Below are positions 52,668-62,867 of a stretch of 64,000 nucleotides of DNA, in pieces. How positions within the stretch are numbered: position 1 is the stretch's first letter; the number at the start of each line of letters is the position of its first letter. The DNA lies in contig JAEORO010000060.1 of assembly GCA_016840855.1 (NCBI GenBank), positions 7,812 through 71,811 on the forward strand, in the 5' to 3' direction. The notes below the pieces were generated by a model. It had not been told where the DNA came from. It searched no databases and saw only the letters and a program-made list of their open reading frames with translations. The stretch comes from Candidatus Thorarchaeota archaeon (lineage in GTDB: Archaea > Asgardarchaeota > Thorarchaeia > Thorarchaeales > Thorarchaeaceae). The position numbers were made by a program, and so were the translations under genes.

Positions 52668-54122
52668 ATGAGGTTTTCGAGCGTGATGTCAATCATCGAT
52701 GGGTTGGAAACAACTGAGCAAGTGAAAACAACCAAAGATCCATTTCAGATGATTGTAGGCCAAGAACATGCTGTATCCTTGGTTCGATCCGCAGTTAAAC
52801 AACGAAGACATGTCCTGCTCTGTGGCGTGCCTGGCATTGGCAAGTCAATGTTAGCAAAAGCAGCATATTCGCTTCTTGATCAGCCTAAAGATGAGATTGT
52901 CCTTCGATATGATCCACTTCATCCTGACAGACCTCAAGTGATAGTCAATCGACCAACTTACTCAAATATGAAAAAGACAAAGGCAGAGAGTCGTATTCGT
53001 GATTTGTTTTACATTACTCCTGATAGACTCCCGTTCGATGTATCAATCAAAATGGGCTTTAGGTGTCCCTCATGTGGTCACATATCTAACCCTGAAGCCA
53101 GTGTATGCGTCAATTGCGAGTCCGAAAAAAGGTTTGATTGGGCCCCTGGAGAATCCTATCATGGATTATTCAGAATGCTTGATGTTGTTCGGGAACCAGC
53201 ACTCAAAACTATAACAGCACTTGAAGAAATCAGTGGTGAAACCTTTCATATCACGTATGAGCGAGTCGAGTCTGGTGAAGTCAAAGTAACTCAACAAAGA
53301 ATGACATCAGAAGAGAAGCGTCAGGTTGCGAGCCAAAATCATCAGGAGAGAGTTCTTGTTGCGCTTGATTCGATTCGTTATATTCGAGTTAGTGGAGCGA
53401 GTCCAGTCGAGCTGTTGGGAGATGTGAAACACGATCCTTATGGAAGTGCTGAAACCATTGGATTAGCGGCACATCAGCGAGTAGTGCCTGGGGCAATACA
53501 TGAGGCACATGAAGGAATTCTCTACATCGACGAGATTGCATCACTTGGTAGCTATCAAAGTCACTTATTGACTGCAATGCAAGACCGGATTTACCCAATC
53601 TCAGGACATAACCCATTAAGCTCAGGGGCCGCTGTACGTGTCGATAATGTACCCTGTGATTTTATCCTGTTTGCATCGTGCAACTTGGAAAATCTCAAGA
53701 ACATACTGCCGCCACTTAGATCACGAATTCGGGGTTATGGATATGAAATCATGCTTGACTCTTGGGTCTCAAAGAGTCAGGAGATCATTAATGATTTCGT
53801 GCGATTCATGTCACAAACCGTGGAGGAAGATGGAAGAATTCCACATTTAACTGTGAAAGCTGTGGAGCGTGTTCTTGAGGTTGCAGAAGAGATGGCATTT
53901 CGACTTGATGGTCAGAAAGATGCATTAACATTGCGTCTGCGTGAGCTTGGGGGACTCATCAGGATAGCAGGTGATATCGCAGTGAGAGATGGGAGTGACC
54001 TGGTTCTTCAAGGTCATGTTCAACAAGCAGAAGTTTTGAGCAAGGGTATCGATGAGAGTAATCTCCAGATTATGCGACACAAAAATCAAGAATCAGCAAT
54101 TAGCAGAGACTATTTCTTCTAA
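52668..54122 (+). CDS. LonB-type AAA+ ATPase lacking a protease domain, with zinc-ribbon insert
   Basis: VGQEHAV..VKQRRHVLLCGVPGIGKSMLAKA (Walker A), GILYIDEI (Walker B), VPCDFILFASCN, LRSRIRGYGYE and LTLRLRELGGLIRIAGDIA are all collinear with archaeal LonB. Ends at residue 484 without the Ser-Lys protease domain. CPSC-x11-CVNC lies in the insert where LonB has its TM helices. Confidence 0.7.
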   Translation: MRFSSVMSIIDGLETTEQVKTTKDPFQMIVGQEHAVSLVRSAVKQRRHVLLCGVPGIGKSMLAKAAYSLLDQPKDEIVLRYDPLHPDRPQVIVNRPTYSNMKKTKAESRIRDLFYITPDRLPFDVSIKMGFRCPSCGHISNPEASVCVNCESEKRFDWAPGESYHGLFRMLDVVREPALKTITALEEISGETFHITYERVESGEVKVTQQRMTSEEKRQVASQNHQERVLVALDSIRYIRVSGASPVELLGDVKHDPYGSAETIGLAAHQRVVPGAIHEAHEGILYIDEIASLGSYQSHLLTAMQDRIYPISGHNPLSSGAAVRVDNVPCDFILFASCNLENLKNILPPLRSRIRGYGYEIMLDSWVSKSQEIINDFVRFMSQTVEEDGRIPHLTVKAVERVLEVAEEMAFRLDGQKDALTLRLRELGGLIRIAGDIAVRDGSDLVLQGHVQQAEVLSKGIDESNLQIMRHKNQESAISRDYFF

Positions 54123-54149
54123 CGTGTAGACCAGCCAAGAGGTGACCGT

Positions 54150-55238
54150 TTGAAAATCATAAAACAAATCCTGAAGGAAGGCAGGATTGTTCTGAAGATT
54201 GAAACATTGGATGACCTTTGGCATCTATATAATACAGTTGGTCCCAACGATGTTGTTATTTCAAAGACTTCTCGAAGAGTTCGGATAGGAGATGAAGATA
54301 GCCGAAAACAAGAGAGCACACGAAAGACAATGGTGCTTAAGTTGCAGGTGGAAGAGGTTTCTTTCCATAACTTTTCCAATAGAGTGCGGCTAAAGGGCTT
54401 GATTCTCGAAGGTCCAGATGACCTTGTCAACATTGGTTCATATCATACTATCAATGTTGAAACAGGTGACACTCTGACAATTATTAAAGAGCATTGGCCA
54501 AAGTATGTGCTTGACAGACTCAAAGAAGCAATGAAAGCTCAGCTCCGGCCAATGTGCCTTATTGTGACTATTGAAGATGGTACTGCAGAGCTATTTCTAG
54601 CAGCAGACTCTGGTATTCAAGAAACAGTGCGGGTTCGAATGAGTATCTCTAGAAAAAGAGGAGATCAGAAATCATATGATGCCACAATGAGAGATTTCTT
54701 TGCAGATACACTTCTAGCATTGCAATCTCAAATGGAGCAGCATGAATTTGGTCTGATTGTCATTGCAGGACCGGGGTTTGTCAAAGACCATTTCAGAGAT
54801 TTTTTGATGGCTGCAAAATTGAAGGCGTTGCCCCCTATTGTCGTTGAGAGCACAAACTCGATAGGAGTCCCAGGAGCTAAAGAAATACTCTATCGGGGGG
54901 TCATTTCAAAAGCCGTGACTGAATTGAAGGTGGAAACTGAAACTCGTCTTGTTGAATCACTGATTGAACACATCTCGAAAGATGATGGCCTTGGAGCATA
55001 TGGAACTGATGAAGTTGCCAACGCTGTACAATATGGAGCCGTGGAAGAGTTACTTATTACAGACAAGAAGCTCAGAGAGGGAGAAGACAAAGAAAGACGC
55101 TGGATGGACTCACTGATTAGAGACACTGAAAAGACTCGAGGCTCATTCCATATTGTATCTACGGAGCATCCTGCTGGGGATCAGCTTCAACGTCTGGGAG
55201 GGATTGCTGCAATATTACGCTTCAAAATCACACATTGA
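54150..55238 (+). CDS. pelA: Pelota (Dom34 homologue), mRNA surveillance/ribosome rescue
   Basis: MKII......G.I.L..E.LDDLWHLYN.....D.V...T.RRV is the Pelota N-terminus, with an eRF1-like C-terminal domain. TTG start. Confidence 0.9.
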   Translation: MKIIKQILKEGRIVLKIETLDDLWHLYNTVGPNDVVISKTSRRVRIGDEDSRKQESTRKTMVLKLQVEEVSFHNFSNRVRLKGLILEGPDDLVNIGSYHTINVETGDTLTIIKEHWPKYVLDRLKEAMKAQLRPMCLIVTIEDGTAELFLAADSGIQETVRVRMSISRKRGDQKSYDATMRDFFADTLLALQSQMEQHEFGLIVIAGPGFVKDHFRDFLMAAKLKALPPIVVESTNSIGVPGAKEILYRGVISKAVTELKVETETRLVESLIEHISKDDGLGAYGTDEVANAVQYGAVEELLITDKKLREGEDKERRWMDSLIRDTEKTRGSFHIVSTEHPAGDQLQRLGGIAAILRFKITH

Positions 55239-56363
55239 TTATAACGGGTTGAAAAGCGTCTGAAGTCGGTCCCATGTAGGATATTCAAATGCAATACCAA
55301 TCTCGAGATTCTTGATGTTTCTAAGTAGTTCTTTGAGCTGTTCTGATATCTCTTCTAAAACCCAAGGAGCTACTTCGACCCTCATCCTTGTTTCATCCAT
55401 ATTATGAAGGTCAGAGGGGACATCGAATTGACTTTGAAGAATTGTACATATTTTTGCCAATTGTTCATGATCAAGTTGGCTCCCATGAACTGCTCGTATT
55501 ACTCCAAGAATAAGTAGAGGATCATTCTCATCTCGCTCCTCAAATTCTCTTATCGTTTGTTCGAGCCTACGCTCAAGTCTTCTTCTCATCTGGATGGCGT
55601 CCTTGTAATGAGCAGAGCAAAAATGCACTGAGAGCTTCTGAAGATTGTGCACAGACCATTCTAGGACTTCTTTGGCAGTTGAGGCACTACCCTCAATGCT
55701 TGAACTCCTCATATTCGTCAAACGTAATCCCATTGATACCAGTTTACTAAAGTTAGTTTCACTAGCTTCCAACTCGTTTATGTTAAGGAAAGAAACCCCA
55801 ATCTCTTCGGCTCTTTTTGCAACTTTCTTTAGGTCTTCACCTTTTCTGGGGATAGCTGGAACCTCAAGACCAACCATCATATCCATGTCTACCGCTCGTT
55901 GAATTCCTGACCAATCATTGGTCTGCGGATGAAATCGAATCTCATCAAGTCCAGCATCGTGAAGTTTGTTCAAGACTTTCTGACTGACATCGGTCTGACT
56001 TGTGTATAGATGAAGGTGAAATCCGGAACCAAATTCCTGTTTCAATAGTGAGATGTACTTCAAAGTACGCTCTAGATCGCAGAGTGGGTCACCTCCACTG
56101 ATACCCGCTCCTTCGCCTCTGATTGCTCGTGCTTCAAAGAGAATATCAGCATCGTCAATTACAGGCATCTCGTCTGCGAAAGCATTCTCGCGACCTGACT
56201 TGTCCTGCGATAATGGGCAATAATAGCAAGAGCTGCCACACAGACCCGTGACGAATAGAACCATCTTCGACCCTCTAATACAGAGATTGCACCCTGGGGG
56301 TAGTTTACCAATTAGGAGAGAGTCACCTTCGATTTCTCTAATTTTACGGTTCGTTGACTTCAC
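55239..56363 (-). CDS. Radical SAM protein (COG2108-like, distantly related to PFL-activating enzymes)
   Basis: CGSSCYYC (CX3CX2C) near the N-terminus, preceded by CNLC; GGDPL motif. Confidence 0.75.
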   Translation of the reverse strand: MKSTNRKIREIEGDSLLIGKLPPGCNLCIRGSKMVLFVTGLCGSSCYYCPLSQDKSGRENAFADEMPVIDDADILFEARAIRGEGAGISGGDPLCDLERTLKYISLLKQEFGSGFHLHLYTSQTDVSQKVLNKLHDAGLDEIRFHPQTNDWSGIQRAVDMDMMVGLEVPAIPRKGEDLKKVAKRAEEIGVSFLNINELEASETNFSKLVSMGLRLTNMRSSSIEGSASTAKEVLEWSVHNLQKLSVHFCSAHYKDAIQMRRRLERRLEQTIREFEERDENDPLLILGVIRAVHGSQLDHEQLAKICTILQSQFDVPSDLHNMDETRMRVEVAPWVLEEISEQLKELLRNIKNLEIGIAFEYPTWDRLQTLFNPL

Positions 56364-56366
56364 TCT

Positions 56367-57068
56367 TTAACCACCTCTTCGTTGAATTGTTCTTCGGAGA
56401 GCAGGATCACTATCACGGAGAGTTTTGGCAACGGCTTCAAAACTCTCATCATCATCTAAAGTTCTGGTCAGATAGACACCAGTCCTCCCTACACTGTCTC
56501 GTCTTTTTAGAACTCTGACACGTTCTCGCGCGATTTCGACACTCACATTTAATTTCTTGGAAACTTCTTGTTCGTGCCCTATGACTCCATGTTCAAAATG
56601 GCCAGTTTCAGTCGGTTCAATGAACACAAGTCGCTTATCCACTCCAGGCACTCTTATTCCTTCTTTCAAGCTTTTACAGTCTATTAGACCACCCCAGCGA
56701 TAGAACTCCTCTTCTCTTGACATGAATTTGAATAGAGGAAAAGTCACAACAGTGTTCTCAGGCAAATGAATGTGTCCTTTAAGAACCATGGACGGAGTAG
56801 CTTGGACAAGCTCTCTCTTCAATATCGGGCCAAGGACTAGCTCGATTCGGTAGCTTGCAACTGGACGAATCACAATGATATCGATGTCTGAAGACTTTGA
56901 TACATCACCGCGTGCTATTGAGCCATATGCAAGTGATCTGATACCTGTCGATTCAATTCTTTGTACCGTTTTCAAAGCAGTATCCCTGAGAGTCTGTAGA
57001 TGGTTCCAATGGTCTTTATCATATGTTATCTGCCGTACTTCATGGAGCAGTTCAGGCTTCTTTGCCAT
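56367..57068 (-). CDS. Nucleotidyltransferase-domain protein (Pol-beta superfamily)
   Basis: LAYGSIARGDVSKSSDIDIIVI is the G-S-x(n)-D-x-D NTase motif. 3-nt gap to the radical SAM gene. Confidence 0.6.
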   Translation of the reverse strand: MAKKPELLHEVRQITYDKDHWNHLQTLRDTALKTVQRIESTGIRSLAYGSIARGDVSKSSDIDIIVIRPVASYRIELVLGPILKRELVQATPSMVLKGHIHLPENTVVTFPLFKFMSREEEFYRWGGLIDCKSLKEGIRVPGVDKRLVFIEPTETGHFEHGVIGHEQEVSKKLNVSVEIARERVRVLKRRDSVGRTGVYLTRTLDDDESFEAVAKTLRDSDPALRRTIQRRGG

Positions 57069-57074
57069 TCAGAA

Positions 57075-58001
57075 TCATCCCCTGATTTCTTCAAGCATCA
57101 TGCATGCTTTGCATATCTCTGATGGGGATGGTGTATTGCATTTGATACATGTCTTCAGCGGCCAATCTGAAGAACTTGTGAGGAATGCTTCAGTCATAGA
57201 TTCAGCGGAGTGTAGTATTGCAAGTAGCGTCCCTGGACGTTTGTGTTCCATATCATTAAGAAAAGACCTGAGATCATTTCGATAAGCTTCTCCAGCGTAT
57301 GGACAGGGAACATCGTGGTATACTAGACCTAAGTGGTGTGAGTAGGCAACTATATCACGCTCAGACAATTCAGTGAGTGGTTTGACACGAGGCACTAGAC
57401 CTTCTATGGACCTGTTTCGGGGGACATTTGTACGTGCAATTCTGCGACTATCCCCACGCATGATGTTCATCAACACAGTCTGGGCTTCATCATCAAGATT
57501 GTGGCCAGTTGCGATGACATCCGCTTCCAGATTCCCTGCAGCCTCATTCAGAGCACGTCGACGGAACACGCCGCAATAGGAGCAAGCACCTACTGATTTG
57601 TCAGACCGTAAATCTACAAGATGATCTAATGAGTGACCAAACAATTTTCTGAATGAGAAGACTTCTAAGTTGAGATTTAGTGCTTTTGCCAACTCCTTTG
57701 CCGCTTCAAGCGCTTTGTCTCTATATCCTTCAATACCCTCATCTATTGTTACTGGAATCAACTCAGACTCGGGAAAACTACTCTCAATTCTGTGTAGAAG
57801 GTGAAGTAATACAGCACTGTCTTTTCCGCCAGAAACTGCTACAGCTATTCGATCATCTTCTTTGAACATTTTATGACGGTTGATGGTTCGTCGTACCCTA
57901 TCAGTTGTAGTTTGGACTAGACACGCCTGGCAGAGTCGTTCTGATGTGTACCTACGTAGATAGATTGCAGGGTTATCACATTTTGAACAGCCCAATTGCA
58001 T
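57075..58001 (-). CDS. PP-loop ATPase, TtuA/NcsA (Ncs6/Ctu1)-type tRNA 2-thiolation protein
   Basis: N- and C-terminal CxxC...CxxC zinc fingers, PP-loop AVSGGKDS, CSYCGVFRR, GHNLDDE, PCPY. Confidence 0.8.
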   Translation of the reverse strand: MQLGCSKCDNPAIYLRRYTSERLCQACLVQTTTDRVRRTINRHKMFKEDDRIAVAVSGGKDSAVLLHLLHRIESSFPESELIPVTIDEGIEGYRDKALEAAKELAKALNLNLEVFSFRKLFGHSLDHLVDLRSDKSVGACSYCGVFRRRALNEAAGNLEADVIATGHNLDDEAQTVLMNIMRGDSRRIARTNVPRNRSIEGLVPRVKPLTELSERDIVAYSHHLGLVYHDVPCPYAGEAYRNDLRSFLNDMEHKRPGTLLAILHSAESMTEAFLTSSSDWPLKTCIKCNTPSPSEICKACMMLEEIRG

Positions 58002-58099
58002 GCTAGCGACTCCAAGCCGCTAATATCATGAGAATTCAAGTTAAACCTATTCACATGCTCATTTTTTATTTGGTGAGCATTCAAGAGTAGTCTTCTTGT

Positions 58100-58522
58100 T
58101 CATGTCTTTGTCTTGGTTTCTTTTGTTTCCTTCTCTTTCAAGTCTTCTACAATCTGAATGCGTCTTACATGGAGCGCGGCTTTGTTTGTTCGAAAGTTTG
58201 CTGCATGAATGATATCATCGATGGTTCTGTGCCACTCAGCGGGAGAAAGAACATTATGAATCTCCTTGAATGTATCACTCAGACGCTCCACGCGAGCAAG
58301 ACACTCGACTCGATCTTCAGAGAGACGCTGTTCATCGAAGTATAGAAGAGCATGGCCTTTGAGTGCGTCCCAGTCTACATCTCCATTGACCTGAAGTAAT
58401 AATCTCAGCTTGTCCAGAGGCTCTTTCCAAGAACCAGGTATGAACATAGTCAGATAGTCCGTGAGTGCTTTCCTGGCTTTTTCTCGCACTTCTTGCTTTG
58501 TACCTATTTGATGGGTCATCAT
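58100..58522 (-). CDS. Hypothetical protein (140 aa)
   Basis: ORF track only; helical, with an acidic/basic tail. Confidence 0.4.
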   Translation of the reverse strand: MMTHQIGTKQEVREKARKALTDYLTMFIPGSWKEPLDKLRLLLQVNGDVDWDALKGHALLYFDEQRLSEDRVECLARVERLSDTFKEIHNVLSPAEWHRTIDDIIHAANFRTNKAALHVRRIQIVEDLKEKETKETKTKT

Positions 58523-58585
58523 CTTTCATCAGAAAAACATCTGTTCTACACCTTTTTAGGTCCCACAGAACCCCAAAAATGTCGT

Positions 58586-59755
58586 TTAGAACAGCCCCTT
58601 GCCCATAATAAAGCTCAGAACAATGCTCGATAGGACTATTCCAAGTGCAGCGATTCGTAGAGGCCACATGATGTACTTGATTTTCTTCTCGTCCTTAATG
58701 ACCAAACTTAGACCATTGGAGAGTAGCTTATCACCATCGAAGACTGGGATTGGTAATAGATTGAAGAGTGCAATTGATATCAGGATTAAGTAACACCAGA
58801 AGACAATTTGTTGAAGATGAAATACAAACATGGGTGTTAAAATGATATCCCAGCCAGGTTTGGGTTCCCAATAATCGGATCCATATATCCCTATGTACCC
58901 TCTACTAGCATTTTGTTCACTTGCAGCCAATATGATTGTTATACTACTACCATTGAGTTTATGTATAGTGAGCTGAGAACCCGCAGGAGCATCATTCATG
59001 AATGTGCCGACTGCTGTCCAATTTGCTATCTCTGTATTGTTGAGTCCAATGATAACGTCACCAATATCAATTGCAGCTGAAGCCGGGCTTCCAGGCTGTA
59101 TATCGTAAATATAAGCGCCACTTGGTGGATAGTATCCTACTGACATCAAAGGATAGAAGTTCGCAAGTATTATCAGAAACACAAAACCCCACGCAAAGTT
59201 GGAGAATGAACCAGCAGCTAACATCCTCATGCGCGATTGAGGTGTTGCATTGTTTTCAAACTGGTCCTCATCAGGTTCAACAAAGCCACCAAACAGTACT
59301 AGAAAAGCCAGAAGACCAGAACTCTTGATTGCAATATCATCTTTCGATGCTGCAAGACCATGAGCGAACTCATGTGTTAGTAATGTGACAGCTAGGGCAA
59401 TTAACATGTAAACCAGCGGGAGGCCAGTGATGGTAACACCTGGAATTATTGGTACGACGCCACCTGCATCTGCAGGCTTAACAAAGAACTTGATTAAGTT
59501 GTCACCAAACATCCAGAAACTGAATATCATTCCGCCAAAGCCCACAACAATCCCGATATTGAAGAAGATACGAGGAAATTTCTTGCCCATCCTTGTAAGG
59601 AAAGCATTCAATCGCTCTGTTCGCCACATGATAAAGAAGGGAAATCCAGCATCTATTCCCCGTTCACTGAGTTTTTCAACACCTATCGCTTGAGCTATGA
59701 AGTATATTACTAGCCAAATGAAACCTATGATTCCAAACACTGTCAATGGATCCAT
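58586..59755 (-). CDS. Site-2 protease family (M50) intramembrane metalloprotease with PDZ-like insert
   Basis: HEFAHG (HExxH) in a TM helix, a polytopic membrane profile, and a C-terminal NLLPIPVFDGDKL motif. Confidence 0.8.
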   Translation of the reverse strand: MDPLTVFGIIGFIWLVIYFIAQAIGVEKLSERGIDAGFPFFIMWRTERLNAFLTRMGKKFPRIFFNIGIVVGFGGMIFSFWMFGDNLIKFFVKPADAGGVVPIIPGVTITGLPLVYMLIALAVTLLTHEFAHGLAASKDDIAIKSSGLLAFLVLFGGFVEPDEDQFENNATPQSRMRMLAAGSFSNFAWGFVFLIILANFYPLMSVGYYPPSGAYIYDIQPGSPASAAIDIGDVIIGLNNTEIANWTAVGTFMNDAPAGSQLTIHKLNGSSITIILAASEQNASRGYIGIYGSDYWEPKPGWDIILTPMFVFHLQQIVFWCYLILISIALFNLLPIPVFDGDKLLSNGLSLVIKDEKKIKYIMWPLRIAALGIVLSSIVLSFIMGKGLF

Positions 59756-59953
59756 TAATTTCAGTCCTCTGGATTAGAGCCGGCATTGTGAATGTGTGTT
59801 ATAATCATTATGTACGCGGTATATTAGTTAGGTTGGTGTTCAATGCTGTGTGCTGGCACGGTCCAACCAAAATCCTCATAAAGTGAGCCAAGTTGGCATC
59901 CGCTGGTGTCCTTTGAGACCCATTACCACTAACTCAGGCAGGAGAATCAATAA

Positions 59954-60337
59954 TTGCCATTCAAACTTGTGATATCAGACCCAGAAACTGGAAAAGCCAT
60001 CCAGTACGAATTAGATGATGCAAAGACAAATGCTCTTGTGGGGAAGATTGTTGGTGAAATTGTAGAGGGGGATGTCTTAGGACTGCCCGGATACAAGTTG
60101 AAAATAACAGGTGGAAGTGATTCATCTGGATTCCCAATTCGACCTGACGTCCATGGTAGTGGTAAGAAACGTGTTCTGATACATGGTTCTCCTGGTTTTA
60201 GACCAAAGAGGGAAGGTATTGCTAGGAGAAAGACAGTTCGTGGAAGAGAACTTAGCTCTGGCATCTCCCAAGTAAACATGAGAGTTGAAGAGAAAGGTAG
60301 TACTCCTCTCGAAGAGCTCGTCATGAAGACTACATAG
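59954..60337 (+). CDS. rps6e: 30S ribosomal protein eS6
   Basis: FKLVISDPETGKA.Q.E.......L.GK..GE...G...GL.GYKLKITGGSD..GFP. TTG start. Confidence 0.9.
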   Translation: MPFKLVISDPETGKAIQYELDDAKTNALVGKIVGEIVEGDVLGLPGYKLKITGGSDSSGFPIRPDVHGSGKKRVLIHGSPGFRPKREGIARRKTVRGRELSSGISQVNMRVEEKGSTPLEELVMKTT

Positions 60338-60450
60338 ATGACTTCTTGCATCATCAACCGTTGTGTCCATAGTTCGAACCATATACTTCATATGGGCAAC
60401 GGAAAGACAGAAACTAACGTCTGCAACAAGCAGTTGGAAGTGAGGATCAG

Positions 60451-61692
60451 GTGACCAGAAAATATGTTGGACAATCAGAAATTAGCATTGGTACACTCGG
60501 TCATGTCGACCATGGTAAAACAACCCTTGTTTCGTATCTAACTGGAGAATGGACCGATCGTCACTCAGACGAAATAAGACGTGGTATCTCAATTAGACTC
60601 GGATATGCCGCGACCACTTTGATGAAGTGTAAGAATTGTCCTGAACCTGAGGCATATACAACATCTCATCTAACGAAAGAAGGGAAGTGCAACAAGTGTG
60701 GCGGTGAACTAGAAATCCTGAGAGAGATTTCATTCGTTGATAGCCCTGGCCACGAGTCTCTCATGGCGACCTGTCTCAGTGGTGCAAGTTTGATGGATGG
60801 AGCAATTCTAGTTATCGCAGCCAATGAGCCCTGTCCGATGCCACAGACTGCTGAACATCTTCATGCCCTAGAAATCGTCGGTGTGAGCAAAATTGTCATA
60901 GTCCAGAATAAGATAGAGCTTGTATCAAAAGAGCAGGCTAAGAAGCACTATCAACAAATCAAGGAGTTTGTGAAGGGAACCACTGCGGAAAACGCTCCGA
61001 TAGTGCCTGTTTCAGCAATCTTTGGAGCAAATACAGATTTACTTATTCAAATGATTGAGAAAATTATACCAACTCCAAACCGTGACGGTGAGGCGACACC
61101 CAAGATGTTTGTTGCTCGTTCATTTGACATAAACAGACCCGGAACACTACCAATGGATATGCACGGTGGTGTTGTAGGAGGATCAGTTGTACAAGGAAAA
61201 TTGACTGTGGGTGACGAGATTGAAATTGCTCCCGGTGCCAAGGGTGAAAAGGGATTCAAGCCCATCAAAGCAAAGATTGTGAGTCTTCTATCTGGAAGTG
61301 GAAATTCACTTCAGAGTGCATACCCCGGAGGATTGATTGGTGTGGGGACAGGATTAGATCCAGCCTCTACACGGGCAGACCGGTTAGTTGGAAATGTCGT
61401 TGGAAAAATAGGGAAGATGCCTAAAATCTATGAAAAACTCATGCTAAAGCCAATTCTCATGCAGAGAGTAGTTGGTATGGAGTCCAAGAAGGAAGTAGAG
61501 AATCTCAAATTGAACGAACCAATGATGCTAGTGGTTGGAACTGCTCCTACAGTAGGCGTAATCACTCGACTGCACGGTGATGAGATTGAGCTGACATTAA
61601 AACGTCCTGTTGCTGCTGAAAAGGGACAAAGAATTGCCATCGGCCGCAGGGTTGAAAATAAGTGGCGTTTGATTGGCTATGCTGAGATTTAA
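60451..61692 (+). CDS. eif2g: Translation initiation factor aIF2 gamma subunit
   Basis: IGTLGHVDHGKTTL, zinc knuckle CKNC...CNKC, DSPGHE, NKIE. GTG start. Confidence 0.95.
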   Translation: MTRKYVGQSEISIGTLGHVDHGKTTLVSYLTGEWTDRHSDEIRRGISIRLGYAATTLMKCKNCPEPEAYTTSHLTKEGKCNKCGGELEILREISFVDSPGHESLMATCLSGASLMDGAILVIAANEPCPMPQTAEHLHALEIVGVSKIVIVQNKIELVSKEQAKKHYQQIKEFVKGTTAENAPIVPVSAIFGANTDLLIQMIEKIIPTPNRDGEATPKMFVARSFDINRPGTLPMDMHGGVVGGSVVQGKLTVGDEIEIAPGAKGEKGFKPIKAKIVSLLSGSGNSLQSAYPGGLIGVGTGLDPASTRADRLVGNVVGKIGKMPKIYEKLMLKPILMQRVVGMESKKEVENLKLNEPMMLVVGTAPTVGVITRLHGDEIELTLKRPVAAEKGQRIAIGRRVENKWRLIGYAEI

Positions 61693-61722
61693 AGCAGAAT
61701 CAATTGTAGTATCTGTCACCTT

Positions 61723-62142
61723 ATGTTGGTGAAAATCTTGCCGCTTCCTGTGGTTTTGGATACGAACTTTCTGACTGTGCCAGCACAGTTTGGAATCGAT
61801 GTGTTTTCTGAGGCCGAGAGAATACTTGAACGGAGTGTTGAGTTTATTCTCCTAAAGCCTGTAATTAGAGAGATTAAATCAAAACTTAAGAGAACAGGAG
61901 CAGCTGAGAGTAGATTGTTTAAAGTCGCATTAGAATTGGCTGAGAGATGCATCATTATTGAAATTGACCAATCTATGAGCGACCTTACTGTAGATGACCA
62001 ACTTCTGGATTACACTGTTTCAGTCAATGGAGTACTAGCAACCAACGACAAAGAGCTAAGAAAAAGAGCTATTACGAAAGGTATACCAGTTCTAGTGCTT
62101 CGAGGTAAGAAACATCTAGAACTAATAGGCACAATCTTTTGA
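61723..62142 (+). CDS. PIN-domain nuclease, Fcf1/Utp24-like (COG1412)
   Basis: VVLDTNFL...ATND..L. Conserved position between aIF2-gamma and rpo7. Confidence 0.75.
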   Translation: MLVKILPLPVVLDTNFLTVPAQFGIDVFSEAERILERSVEFILLKPVIREIKSKLKRTGAAESRLFKVALELAERCIIIEIDQSMSDLTVDDQLLDYTVSVNGVLATNDKELRKRAITKGIPVLVLRGKKHLELIGTIF

Positions 62143-62271
62143 GACCGTGTCACAACGTTTTTATGGCTTATAAAGCGAATCAGCGCTGAGCCGTCGGGTC
62201 CAGATATTGAGATGTTCTCAAGTCTGATTGTTCTGATAAGAATCGTCCTGCTAGGCAAGGAGCGTCAATAG

Positions 62272-62850
62272 TTGTATAGTATAGTGACAGTAAAAGATGT
62301 GGTACGGATTCCACCCGCCCAGTTTGGTTCCCCAATGGAAGACGCGGCCATGCTTCATCTTAGGAAGCAGCACGAAAATGTCCTCGATCGAGATGTAGGG
62401 TTGATGATTGCAGTCATCGACATTGATGAGATTGGTCAAGGACGCCTTATGCCGGGTGATGGTGCAACATATCATTCTGTGACTTATCGAGTGCTTGTGT
62501 TTAAACCTCTCCGACATGAACTGGTAGAAGGAAATGTAGTGGAGCTGATGGATTTTGGAGCGTTCATCAGAATGGGGCCACTAGACGGACTCTGCCATGT
62601 TAGTCAAATATGTGATGATTTTATTACACAGGACTCAAAGGGTAATGCTCTACTAGGCAAAGAAACTGGCAGGACTTTGACAGAGGGAGACATGGTAAGA
62701 GCAAGAGTTACTTCAATAAGCTTTGAATCAGGAAACAAATCAGGAAAACTTGGTCTAACGATGAGGCAACCATTTCTTGGTAAGATTGGTCCAGACCGTT
62801 CTTGGGTAGAGGAAGATGTAAGAGCTGCTCGTGGAGAGAAGAAGAAGTAA
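62272..62850 (+). CDS. rpo7: DNA-directed RNA polymerase subunit Rpo7 (RpoE')
   Basis: MYSIVTVKDVVRIPPAQFG N-terminus and an S1 domain (G.VVELMDFGAFIRMGPLDGLCHVSQ). TTG start. Confidence 0.9.
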   Translation: MYSIVTVKDVVRIPPAQFGSPMEDAAMLHLRKQHENVLDRDVGLMIAVIDIDEIGQGRLMPGDGATYHSVTYRVLVFKPLRHELVEGNVVELMDFGAFIRMGPLDGLCHVSQICDDFITQDSKGNALLGKETGRTLTEGDMVRARVTSISFESGNKSGKLGLTMRQPFLGKIGPDRSWVEEDVRAARGEKKK

Positions 62851-62867
62851 TCAGGGAGAAAACGATT

